A stretch of DNA of 64,000 nt. Source: a virus. Lineage: Duplodnaviria; Caudoviricetes. This document shows, piece after piece, positions 38,407 to 47,259 of the stretch. The notes under the pieces were generated by a model, which worked only from the letters and a program-made list of their open reading frames with translations, ran no database searches and had not been told where the DNA came from. A program made the position numbers and the translations under genes. The stretch is taken from the IMG/VR virus record IMGVR_UViG_3300011577_000001, one strand, 5' to 3'. Numbering within the stretch: position 1 is the first letter of the stretch; every line of letters starts with the position of its first letter.

Positions 38407-39936
38407 TTAGGCCGGGATACGCTCAATGATCAAGCGCGCCAACTGATTTTTGATTTCAGCAGGCAGGACCATATCGCCATTGACAATGTAGCGGGAGAGT
38501 TCCGGGAGCAGTTCCTGAGGCAGGTTCAGACTCCAGTAGTTCTTCGACATCTCGCTGACCAACATGTTGATCGCTTTGATAGCCACATTGTTTTGCCGGT
38601 CGTTTTGACCAGCGTTCGCTTTCCCGCCTTGGCGTTGAGCGTATGGATAACGCTCCAACAGTGCCGCAACGTGATCACGAGAGACACGCGCACGGTAATC
38701 GTTGTTACCCAACGAGTACTCATCAGCCAGCACGACAGGCTGTGCGCTCATCAAGGCTGCGAGTTCCTTGAAGTCCCAATGCCACAGCAGCGCTTGGGTT
38801 ACACCCATGGTGCGCAGCAAGGCAGGTTTGTTCAGGCTTGGGATTGCCCGGGCTGACAGGGATTTCGACATCACCCACTGACACAGGGTCATGTGGTGTT
38901 GCTCAATGCGCATCCCCGACATCCTCGTGAGAATTCCCACGAAACCTTCTACCAGTTCTGATGGGATCGTCGGATCGACCTTCCGCGCCATACCAAGGTA
39001 GTTCTCCGTATAAACAGACAACATCACGATGTCGCCGTTGGAGACTTCCTGTTTGATCTTGTAGTTCTCTGCCGAGGAAATGTTATCTTCCTCAGTTTCC
39101 CGGGACTTGTTGGTCTTCGGGATGATCGCGCCGTCTTTCCAGAAGTTACGATCCAGCGAACGCAAGCTGGTGTCGATCGTGTGGTACACGTTCGAGATCA
39201 CGCTGCAATTGTTATCTTCAACGGTGACTTCACCGATGCAGACTTTGCGCACGATCACTTTCGCCAACAGCCAGGTAGGCAGGGCTTCGGAACCCAGTGC
39301 CTTGTAAACCGCCCCGTTCGAAACTTTCTCGGCTTGAGCGTACGGTTCAATGTACACCCGCAGTCTTTCCATCGCTGGAGTTTCGTACAGCCACGATTTA
39401 CCGATCAAGCCCAGAGTGTGGAACTCTTTCAAGTTGTTGCCAACCTGAGGCAAGATCACTTCGGCGTATTCACCGAAGATTGGGACCATTGCATTCAAAG
39501 CCACCGACATGATGGCCATGCTGTAATAGTCATCCCGCAGGTACGTTTTCTCCCACGGTTTGTCGTCATACTCCGTTTTGGTGGTGGTGGGCATGTAGAT
39601 CTTTCCGTACATGCGGATGTAGTTCGTAACCCCTTCCAAGCTGATGAGCTTGTAAAGATCACGGACCAACGCCATGATGCGCATCTTCATGCGCGACATT
39701 TCCGCAACGGATTTGATCACCTCGTGGATCTGACAGTAGATCTGCCAGATTTCGAACTGCTTCTCGTGGGGCAACGAGGCAAAGAATGCGTTGATCTGCA
39801 AAAACAGACTCGGCAAATCTTTGAAGTTGTTCCGACGATACAGAATCGAAACGCTCCAGTCCAACGACTCAAGTCCGTGCACGATACGGATTGTAGTGAG
39901 TTCATTGGGCTTCTCACTAGCATTTAGAATTTGCAT
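38407..39936 (-). CDS. Non-virion RNAP promoter-specificity subunit (phiKZ gp68-like)
   Basis: 509 aa; KTYLRDDY, EEDNISSAENYKIKQEVSNGD; synteny. Confidence 0.75.
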   Translation of the reverse strand: MQILNASEKPNELTTIRIVHGLESLDWSVSILYRRNNFKDLPSLFLQINAFFASLPHEKQFEIWQIYCQIHEVIKSVAEMSRMKMRIMALVRDLYKLISLEGVTNYIRMYGKIYMPTTTKTEYDDKPWEKTYLRDDYYSMAIMSVALNAMVPIFGEYAEVILPQVGNNLKEFHTLGLIGKSWLYETPAMERLRVYIEPYAQAEKVSNGAVYKALGSEALPTWLLAKVIVRKVCIGEVTVEDNNCSVISNVYHTIDTSLRSLDRNFWKDGAIIPKTNKSRETEEDNISSAENYKIKQEVSNGDIVMLSVYTENYLGMARKVDPTIPSELVEGFVGILTRMSGMRIEQHHMTLCQWVMSKSLSARAIPSLNKPALLRTMGVTQALLWHWDFKELAALMSAQPVVLADEYSLGNNDYRARVSRDHVAALLERYPYAQRQGGKANAGQNDRQNNVAIKAINMLVSEMSKNYWSLNLPQELLPELSRYIVNGDMVLPAEIKNQLARLIIERIPA

Positions 39937-39960
39937 ACAAGCTTCCTAGTCGAAGTACTG

Positions 39961-39980
39961 CACTTGGATGATATATACTT
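39961..39980 (-). promoter_or_regulatory. Early promoter (variant)
   Basis: AAGTATATATCATCCAAGTG. Confidence 0.55.
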
Positions 39981-40094
39981 CAAAAATCTTCGTGTCGACT
40001 TTTCTCAAGCGACACATAGCCCTTCGATTCAGGACAAGTTACCTAAGAGAAAGGAGTGGATCGTATTGATCCACTCCTTTCTCTCTTTATGGGT

Positions 40095-40862
40095 TTACAT
40101 CGGGAAATCGTCGTCGCCGAAGGAATCAGCGCCGCCACCGGTACCAGCACCATCACCGCCCCAATCGTTGTTGCGCTGGCCACCGCCACCGCCGCCACCA
40201 TTGTTGTTACGGTTGTAGTTGTTACCGCCGCCACCACCGTTACCGCCACGGTTGTAGTTGTTGCCACCGCCGTTGTTGTCTTTCGGCTTCGGCTCGGTGT
40301 AGTTGACGGCAGCCACAGCAGCCATCATGTTTTCCAGCATGTTCGCGTAACCAGCCAAGAAGTAGTTGGACGCTTCACGCTTGTTCATCGGCTCGCCGTT
40401 CACGTCGATCATGACGTGGTAGTTGGTCGGCAGCATGTTGAACTTGAGGTACGGACGATCTTTGGCCACGCAGGCCAGGAACAGCACGCCGTCTTTGTCG
40501 CGACCGACCAGAGTGGTCGAGATCAGCTTCGGCTCGGCCGAGCGCTCACCGCCGAAGAAGACGTGGTTCAGGTTTTGCAGCTTGAGGACTTGGTTGTCGT
40601 CGAGGGTGATCGCTTTACGCATCATCTCGATCAACAGGTAGAACGTCGGCATGTCCATGGCGCCACGGATGTTGCCGTTGTTCTTGTCGTTCGGGACGTT
40701 GGTGTAAACGTCGATGCGCGGGTTGTTCGCTACCAACGAGATTGCCCAGGAACCCGGCTTGGTCGCACCTTGCACGGGTGGGCACGACAGGCGCAGTTTG
40801 AATTCGTCCAGGGCATTCTTCGGACGGGGTGGTGCTTGGAAACGACCTTGTTGACCAGCCAT
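40095..40862 (-). CDS. chmC: ChmC-like nucleic-acid-binding protein (phiKZ gp67-like)
   Basis: NNPRIDVYTNVPNDKNNGNI domain, G/N-rich disordered tail ending SFGDDDFPM; synteny. Confidence 0.7.
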   Translation of the reverse strand: MAGQQGRFQAPPRPKNALDEFKLRLSCPPVQGATKPGSWAISLVANNPRIDVYTNVPNDKNNGNIRGAMDMPTFYLLIEMMRKAITLDDNQVLKLQNLNHVFFGGERSAEPKLISTTLVGRDKDGVLFLACVAKDRPYLKFNMLPTNYHVMIDVNGEPMNKREASNYFLAGYANMLENMMAAVAAVNYTEPKPKDNNGGGNNYNRGGNGGGGGNNYNRNNNGGGGGGGQRNNDWGGDGAGTGGGADSFGDDDFPM

Positions 40863-40924
40863 TGTGAATCTCCAACTTGCGTACAAATGATGAGTGATCG
40901 CTGTAAACAGTTACAGTGACCTAT

Positions 40925-41776
40925 TTAAAACATCGACAACAGGATCGCTTTGAAGGTTGGATGCAGTGGTTCCGCTTGGATGTCCATCCGCATCTTGTCC
41001 AACGTGGTGGTGGGATTCCACCGCCGCGCTTCCGCTAACTCGATGATTTGTTTCTTTTCCTTCATCGGGAAGGTGTTGAAGTGAACGCCGTCACCAAAGA
41101 ACTGGAGGGTTACATGGTTGAACGGCATCCGCGACAATTCTTTACCGCCTGTGAGCTTTGAGTTCCAGGAGGTGTATGCCTTGATCTTACCCGTGTGGGA
41201 CTCCAGTAACCGAAGGCGGGAGAACTGATACCGAGACAATAAGTCAATCGGCATGTGGGTAATGATCAGTGCATCATCGGGATTTTGCGGCAGCTTCATG
41301 TCGCTTTGCATTACCACCATGTCCAAGTGCATCTCAGGGATACGACTTAGAACGTTGCGCTCAAGTTCAGCATTGAACAACTGCTTCTCGGTTTTGGGTT
41401 CCCGAATGAAGCAGTTCTTGTATTGCGACTTAAGGCTTTGGTACGACTGAACGTACGGTACCAATTTACAGCGACGCTGCGTGTTCATCTGAACGGCTGA
41501 GGCAAGGATTCTCAACTCAGCCGTCAAGGCGTCAAGCAGTGGATCAGGGAAGACTTTATCCTGATCTTGGGTTGGGATTGCTCCCATGATGTTACGGATC
41601 AGCGTGCGCAGGTTAACCCAAAGCGCAGTAGCCGATTGTAGCGGCGGCTTGGCCTTGTGCTCTGGGTGGTCTTCTGAGATCCCCATCGCACTTTCCAAAG
41701 CCAAGGCTGTTGCAATGGAAACGGGTACTTGCGTACCCATCTCACGATTACCCAGTACTTGGTAGTAGCGATCCAT
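40925..41776 (-). CDS. Conserved core protein (phiKZ gp66-like)
   Basis: WVNLRTLIRN, HMPIDLL..LLESHTG, MPFN..TLQFFGD. Confidence 0.7.
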   Translation of the reverse strand: MDRYYQVLGNREMGTQVPVSIATALALESAMGISEDHPEHKAKPPLQSATALWVNLRTLIRNIMGAIPTQDQDKVFPDPLLDALTAELRILASAVQMNTQRRCKLVPYVQSYQSLKSQYKNCFIREPKTEKQLFNAELERNVLSRIPEMHLDMVVMQSDMKLPQNPDDALIITHMPIDLLSRYQFSRLRLLESHTGKIKAYTSWNSKLTGGKELSRMPFNHVTLQFFGDGVHFNTFPMKEKKQIIELAEARRWNPTTTLDKMRMDIQAEPLHPTFKAILLSMF

Positions 41777-42893
41777 TCATGTATTCCTCAGCCAGCGCAA
41801 GATGCTCTGGAGAAAACCCTCTCGCTCGCAACCTTTCCAGTACCATTGGAACGACCGACGTCGGTGTGATAGCCACTGGCGTAAACGGTGTAACAATGCG
41901 GTTGACTGCTTCGCGAGTGATCTTTTCGCCATCTGTCCACTTGCCACTTAACGAGTGCAGGTTGAAATGTTTCTCGACCTCTTTGAAGCCGAGTTGGATA
42001 GGATCACCCTTATTACCGAGGACCCGGATGAACGTACCGATAGGCATGGTGTCCGCCAAAGCTTGGATGCGGTTCATGCACTCTTCCAGCTCGTAACCCT
42101 TGAGGTCAATGGTCTTGTACAACATCGCGTCTTCGTTCACCACGAAAGTGATCTCATGGTTTCCGTGTTCGCGATCAACCACCACGCGGTAGTGACCTTT
42201 GTCTTCCTCTTCCCCGTGACTCAGGCGTTCCAGAGAACCAGCAGCCAGGATGTTCCCGTACTGCGAGCGCTTGTGGATGTGTCCGCCAAAGACGAAGTAC
42301 CTGGTGATTCCCATGTACCTCTCGGGGATGTGGGTTGGAACCGGAACGTGGCTCGGAAGCTGGTAGTTAAACGCACCGTGCAAAATGGTGAAGTCTACCT
42401 TTTCCAAACCTTTCTCGGTCATGACCTGGACAACGTCTTTCCAAACATCGTCAGTCTCCACACGCCATTCGTCAGGTACGTAAAGAATGTTGATACCGAA
42501 CCGTTCGATGTACTCGATCGACAGGGTTTCAATCCACTTCACGTCAGCCCCGATAGACGCAATCTCGTTCTCGGAGATTACGTTAGCACTCTGCTTCCAG
42601 TCGTGGGACGGTGTCCCTTCCAGAATGCGCACCACAATGTCACGGCGCTTACACATGGAAAGGAACCAGAAGAACCAGCGACGGATCTGGTCAATCAACA
42701 CAACCTCAGAGTGCATGATCAGACGGTCGTAGAGATCGCCTGCGATGATGATCAAGTCCAGCTCACCAGTCTCTGCGTTATCCGGGAACGCTTTGTACAG
42801 CGCTTTCAGGACGTGGCTGGTGGGGGTATTGTGATGGCCTAGGTGAACATCCCCCGTTTCACCTATACGCAGCTTACGCGAGGTCGAAGTCAT
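41748..42893 (-). CDS. sbcD: SbcD/Mre11-like metallophosphoesterase nuclease (phiKZ gp65-like)
   Basis: GDVHLG, AGDLYD, GTPSHD, GHIH, GSLERL. Confidence 0.85.
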   Translation of the reverse strand: MTSTSRKLRIGETGDVHLGHHNTPTSHVLKALYKAFPDNAETGELDLIIIAGDLYDRLIMHSEVVLIDQIRRWFFWFLSMCKRRDIVVRILEGTPSHDWKQSANVISENEIASIGADVKWIETLSIEYIERFGINILYVPDEWRVETDDVWKDVVQVMTEKGLEKVDFTILHGAFNYQLPSHVPVPTHIPERYMGITRYFVFGGHIHKRSQYGNILAAGSLERLSHGEEEDKGHYRVVVDREHGNHEITFVVNEDAMLYKTIDLKGYELEECMNRIQALADTMPIGTFIRVLGNKGDPIQLGFKEVEKHFNLHSLSGKWTDGEKITREAVNRIVTPFTPVAITPTSVVPMVLERLRARGFSPEHLALAEEYMNGSLLPSTG

Positions 42894-43437
42894 CGGACAG
42901 GAATCCAGCAGACTGAACGGGAGCAGCTTTCTGAGCTGGCGCTTTGCCTGGCTCTACGGCAGATGCTTCGGTGTCTAAGGATTTCAGTCCATAGTAGTCA
43001 AAGACCTTACGCCATTCCAACACTTCACGATCGTACAGACGACGACCTTCTACACGTTGCACCAGAGCGTTCTGGATGTAACGCTGGCCCAGCATCGGGA
43101 TCATGTCATCCTTTTGCATGGCTTTGGAGATGTGCTCGAACATGCTGTCGCGTGGATTGCGAGCATGACCGAAGTTCACAGGTCGACCAATGGCCGGACA
43201 CTTGAACAGGAAGGTTTGCCCTTGATACACATTGATCGGACGCAGCAAGGAATCCGATACAGCGAACCACGCCGAGAAATCTTTCGGTGGCTCTTTGCTC
43301 AGGATCAACGGCAGAATTGTATCGCGGAACTGATGTTCCTGAATACGCGGAAGATCTTCTTCGAATGCTTTTTCTAACACTGCGAAGGCTTCTTTTACTC
43401 TGTCGTCGTTTGGTACCGGTTTGCTAAGTGGGTTCAT
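42874..43437 (-). CDS. Conserved hypothetical protein
   Basis: 187 aa; SD AGGAGGA. Confidence 0.7.
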   Translation of the reverse strand: MNPLSKPVPNDDRVKEAFAVLEKAFEEDLPRIQEHQFRDTILPLILSKEPPKDFSAWFAVSDSLLRPINVYQGQTFLFKCPAIGRPVNFGHARNPRDSMFEHISKAMQKDDMIPMLGQRYIQNALVQRVEGRRLYDREVLEWRKVFDYYGLKSLDTEASAVEPGKAPAQKAAPVQSAGFLSDDFDLA

Positions 43438-43517
43438 GATAGTCCTCCTACGAAAGACCCAGGGCTCTATACCCTAGGTCTTTCGCATAAAGAGTTACGT
43501 GGTGAGTAGCGGTACGT

Positions 43518-44240
43518 TTATCGCGACTGACCCGCGCCCGGCAAACCCGGACGAGAGTCTCCGACGGTACGGGCACGGACTTGTTCAGTCAGACCTTGAA
43601 CCATCTGTTGCATCTGTTGCGCCGGAGTCAGGTGTTCGAACACACCTTGATCTACAGCAGGCAGACCAGCGGAGGGCTGGAGTGCCGGTTGCAGAGACTT
43701 CGGCAGGGCTGGGGCGACGCGGGCCGCACCAACAGGTTGAGCCACAGCTTCGGCAGGCGCTGGCGCTTGGTCCATGATGAAGGAGGTTTCGTCGATCGGC
43801 TCAGCCGACGCACGATACACTTCGACATAGAATGCGACGTTCACGGTGCCGCCAGTCTGGTGCTGGAACTCGTGAGTCAGTAGCGCAGCCAGCGCTTCAT
43901 CCACTTCCAGAACTTCGAACTGGTCGGAACCCAGCTCACGGCGGGTATGGATGTGCACCTTGCCAGGATTGATCGGATGATCATAAGCGTCCTGGTAAAT
44001 GCGGTACATAGTATTCTCGGTCAGGCGCTCGAATACCTTGAACACCAGTTGAGGAGCTTGGGGCTCTTCGTGGTGGTGGTCATGACCGTGGCTGTGGCCT
44101 TGCGCTTGGCGCAGCGAGATCAGTTGGGAGACGGTGATACCCAGGTCACGAATAGCGACCAGCAGGGAGTTCTCCAGACCATCCAAACGTTGTTCGATGG
44201 CGATCAGGCGTTGCTCATGGCTCGGTTGGTTCTTGGACAT
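43518..44240 (-). CDS. Hypothetical protein with N-terminal coiled coil and His-rich linker
   Basis: 240 aa; HSHGHDHHHEE. Confidence 0.7.
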   Translation of the reverse strand: MSKNQPSHEQRLIAIEQRLDGLENSLLVAIRDLGITVSQLISLRQAQGHSHGHDHHHEEPQAPQLVFKVFERLTENTMYRIYQDAYDHPINPGKVHIHTRRELGSDQFEVLEVDEALAALLTHEFQHQTGGTVNVAFYVEVYRASAEPIDETSFIMDQAPAPAEAVAQPVGAARVAPALPKSLQPALQPSAGLPAVDQGVFEHLTPAQQMQQMVQGLTEQVRARTVGDSRPGLPGAGQSR

Positions 44241-44251
44241 CGGTGTTTCCT

Positions 44252-44653
44252 CTACCCGTTGTTGGCGTCAAAGATAGCGACGACTTTCGAGTTGATGACT
44301 TGGATCTCCTTACCGACACTATAAATAGTGGCGTCTTGGGTCACAGTAGCATCCACCCGAAGGTTGATATTGTCAGGGTTGGTTTCGTCAACTGCCGAGA
44401 TCGACACGTCCACTTGGATGGTGTCAAAGTAGGGAGTGATGAAGTTCATTACCACGCGTTTGGTTTCCGAGCGCAGTAAGCTGCGATTATCCGCACACTC
44501 CTTGATCAGGTTTGGCAGAGAAGAAATCTGGCCCTGATACAGGTGACTCTGGGAAAAGTCACTCAAAAAGAAATAGCTGATCAACTTATCCAGCTTCTCT
44601 GAAATGTTTCCGACCCAGCCGGAAGCACTCAGACTTGGCACTTGAACGGCCAT
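44252..44653 (-). CDS. Conserved small protein (phiKZ gp62-like)
   Basis: MAVQVPSLSASGWV..SDFSQS..YQG.ISSL; synteny. Confidence 0.6.
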   Translation of the reverse strand: MAVQVPSLSASGWVGNISEKLDKLISYFFLSDFSQSHLYQGQISSLPNLIKECADNRSLLRSETKRVVMNFITPYFDTIQVDVSISAVDETNPDNINLRVDATVTQDATIYSVGKEIQVINSKVVAIFDANNG

Positions 44654-44751
44654 GACTCTACCCTCTAAAAGACATATAAAGGAAGAAGAGGGTAGAAAGG
44701 ACAAAAAAAGAAAGGGAGCCGAAGCCCCCTAACTTTTCCCAGCCCGCAGGA

Positions 44752-45366
44752 TTAAAGAGAGGCGTTGTAACGACTGGTTGGGTCGTCACGGCCTTCTTTA
44801 ATCTTACGGATCAGATTACCGATCGAGTTTTCCAGGATGACTTGTTCGTCATGCTGCAACTCGCGGTCACCTTCGAGGAGTTCTTCGAAGAACGTCCACG
44901 CTACCCAGTCTTCTTCGGTTTCCTGCACCACACCATTCATGAGGCGGCGGTAGTCATAATGATCATGACCAATCGCATCCCCGTGGATGTTCTTGTAGGT
45001 ATCGGAGTAACCGTCGAGTTTCTGAGCCAAGTACCTTGCCCGGATGAACGGGTCTGCCATCAGGTAACGCTGCATGACCGGTGGAGCATGTTGCATCTGT
45101 GCAATCGATTCAAGCAGCCGGATTACATCAGCATCCCACATGGTCTGGACACTACGGACCGCAGCACGCGCTGCCCGCATCGCATCTTGACCGAAATACT
45201 GATCCCATTTTTGCGTGGCCATCTGCACGAACGCCCGCCCAGAATCCGTAAGGTTCTGTGTGAACATCTGTGCCGATTCAGCCAGGTATTGCATTGTTGA
45301 CTCAGCTCGTGGCGCGTACGCCAACTCGTTAAACGCCAACGAGCCGCCTTCGATATAGCCTGCCAT
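44752..45366 (-). CDS. Conserved nucleus-block protein (phiKZ gp59-like)
   Basis: 204 aa; MQRYLMADP..DGYSDTY..HYDYRRLMNG..DPTS. Confidence 0.65.
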   Translation of the reverse strand: MAGYIEGGSLAFNELAYAPRAESTMQYLAESAQMFTQNLTDSGRAFVQMATQKWDQYFGQDAMRAARAAVRSVQTMWDADVIRLLESIAQMQHAPPVMQRYLMADPFIRARYLAQKLDGYSDTYKNIHGDAIGHDHYDYRRLMNGVVQETEEDWVAWTFFEELLEGDRELQHDEQVILENSIGNLIRKIKEGRDDPTSRYNASL

Positions 45367-45407
45367 GGTAGCTCCCTCGTTACATACTTTATTGGCTACC
45401 TGTAAGA

Positions 45408-45689
45408 TTAGACGTGCTCGAACCCTCGGGCCTTAAGCCAATCAGGTTGAGCGTTCGTTGCGACCAGCACCATGGAGTCGGTTCCTTTGTCCACCAGGTA
45501 CAGGTCATACTGCTTCTTGTCGTCGTTCTCACGACCACGCAGTTCGAAAACCACGTTGTGTTCCTCGAGTCCCTGTTTCATCAACACGAAGTCTTCCGCA
45601 GGTTGCGGGAACATGGCAAGGTAGAGAGCAGGGGTGGAGTGGTGTCCATCCTTGATCATCTGGAGCACTTTCTCAGCACTGGTGTTCAT
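45408..45689 (-). CDS. Hypothetical protein
   Basis: 93 aa; SD AAGGA. Confidence 0.65.
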   Translation of the reverse strand: MNTSAEKVLQMIKDGHHSTPALYLAMFPQPAEDFVLMKQGLEEHNVVFELRGRENDDKKQYDLYLVDKGTDSMVLVATNAQPDWLKARGFEHV

Positions 45690-45736
45690 AGTTTCCTTTT
45701 CCTTAAAAGGGAAGGGGGACTCAAGTCCCCCAGAGG

Positions 45737-47179
45737 TTAGCGGCCATGGTGAATGAAGTTGGCAATGGTTGCGATGATAGGTGCCGGGAGCGATACGTGT
45801 CCAGAGATTGCCCTGGGGTTACGCAGATCCAGTACACCGTTATGCGGGGCCAACGGGTCTAACTTGAGAAGCGTCTTTTCGTCCAGGATCACAATGCCGT
45901 TCAAGGCGTCACCGTCAAAGTCAGCGTTCATACCGGAGAGGATGTTCACCGACGGGCTGATGGTGTTGATCTTGGGGTCTTTCTTGATACGACGGATGTA
46001 CAGGCGCTGAGCCGAGAGACGAGTCAGCGTTGGGTTTCGCTGGAAGATTACCGCAATACCGCCACGGGGACCTTCTGCGATCAGTTCCTCAAACAGCTCA
46101 TCCAGCAGTGGGTGATACCGCAGGGTGTGCTCGTAAAGGAACTTGTTGATTTCGTTCGGACTGAACAGTTGGTCAGTGCCCGGAACGCAACGGCGCAGCA
46201 GCTTACTGGTCAGGTGGACCTTGAGGGTCATCACCGCCATTGGCCACGGCATTTCCAGATCTTCGTAGTGGTGCGGGTCAGACAAGGACGAGATCACACC
46301 ACGGAACGAGTAGTTCACTCGAGAGCCGAAGATGTGTTTGCGGTACCATCCTGGCTTACCGCCCAGTTGCCCTGCAATGAATGGTGCATAATAAGCCACC
46401 AACATGTTCAGAGCTTTGATCGTCATCACTTCAATCTGCCGAGGTTTCAGCGGAGTCGGTGAGTTTTCGATCGAACTGAATGTCCGCATCGCGTTGATCG
46501 CCGGAGTCATCCCAGTATCGGCATAAGTGCCGGTGGCCGTATTCTCCGTGATGAAGGAGATCCGACTTGGACAGGGAATGTACTTCGAGAAGATCGCATG
46601 GCGATACATCTGAATGAAGAGCAGCGTGTCATCCATCTGCTGCTGGTTCTTGTTGTTCGGAAGAATCTCCCGCAAGAACAAGTTCATCAGGTCATCGAAA
46701 TGCCTGTAGAACGTATTGATGCCGCGACCGATGTTGAGCCCTTTGAGGTACTGCAACACGTTTTGTGCATCGTTGTTGGGAGGAATGTAGGACGGATTTG
46801 TAATCCAGTCCAGCAAGTTCGTTCCCTTGTAGGCGAAGATCGGTTTCAGCACATGCAGAGCCCAGGGGTTGATCAGTGCGTCAATACCACGTGGCGCAGC
46901 AATCCACAACAAGGACTCCAGAGGTCTTTCCGTAACCGACATACAGGGAAACCCGCAGTGGTCACACACAACGCCTACGTTGTGCTCGTACTTGACTCTC
47001 TTACATTCACATGACGGCACGACGTCTAAGGTGTCACCCTCATAACGCGTCATGATCATTTGGTTCAGTCGTTCCCGATCCAGCTCGGTAGTAACATCGA
47101 AGTCGTTGATGATCACGGGAGCTGTTGTCAACTTGTTGAACAACTCGTCATGACTCACGATTTCCGCTTCTACGCCCAT
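45737..47179 (-). CDS. Non-virion RNAP beta' N-terminal catalytic subunit (phiKZ gp55-56.1-like), uninterrupted
   Basis: NADFDGD catalytic motif, N-terminal Zn finger, GKPGWYRKHIFGSR, RNPTL. Confidence 0.92.
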   Translation of the reverse strand: MGVEAEIVSHDELFNKLTTAPVIINDFDVTTELDRERLNQMIMTRYEGDTLDVVPSCECKRVKYEHNVGVVCDHCGFPCMSVTERPLESLLWIAAPRGIDALINPWALHVLKPIFAYKGTNLLDWITNPSYIPPNNDAQNVLQYLKGLNIGRGINTFYRHFDDLMNLFLREILPNNKNQQQMDDTLLFIQMYRHAIFSKYIPCPSRISFITENTATGTYADTGMTPAINAMRTFSSIENSPTPLKPRQIEVMTIKALNMLVAYYAPFIAGQLGGKPGWYRKHIFGSRVNYSFRGVISSLSDPHHYEDLEMPWPMAVMTLKVHLTSKLLRRCVPGTDQLFSPNEINKFLYEHTLRYHPLLDELFEELIAEGPRGGIAVIFQRNPTLTRLSAQRLYIRRIKKDPKINTISPSVNILSGMNADFDGDALNGIVILDEKTLLKLDPLAPHNGVLDLRNPRAISGHVSLPAPIIATIANFIHHGR

Positions 47180-47202
47180 GGGCTACTCCTGAAGAGACGG
47201 AC

Positions 47203-47234
47203 ATAAAAAGAAAAGGGGACCGAAGTCCCCTTTT
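47203..47234 (-). terminator. Terminator after chmA
   Basis: AAAAGGGGAC-TTCG-GTCCCCTTTTCTTTT on the minus strand. Confidence 0.85.
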
Positions 47235-47259
47235 ACTCATTGCAACAACCTACCGCTGA

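Noticed and set aside
40130-40275. Tandem repeat or CRISPR-like array
   Set aside because: It is the coding G/N-rich tail of the ChmC-like protein; no repeat-spacer array was seen in the window.
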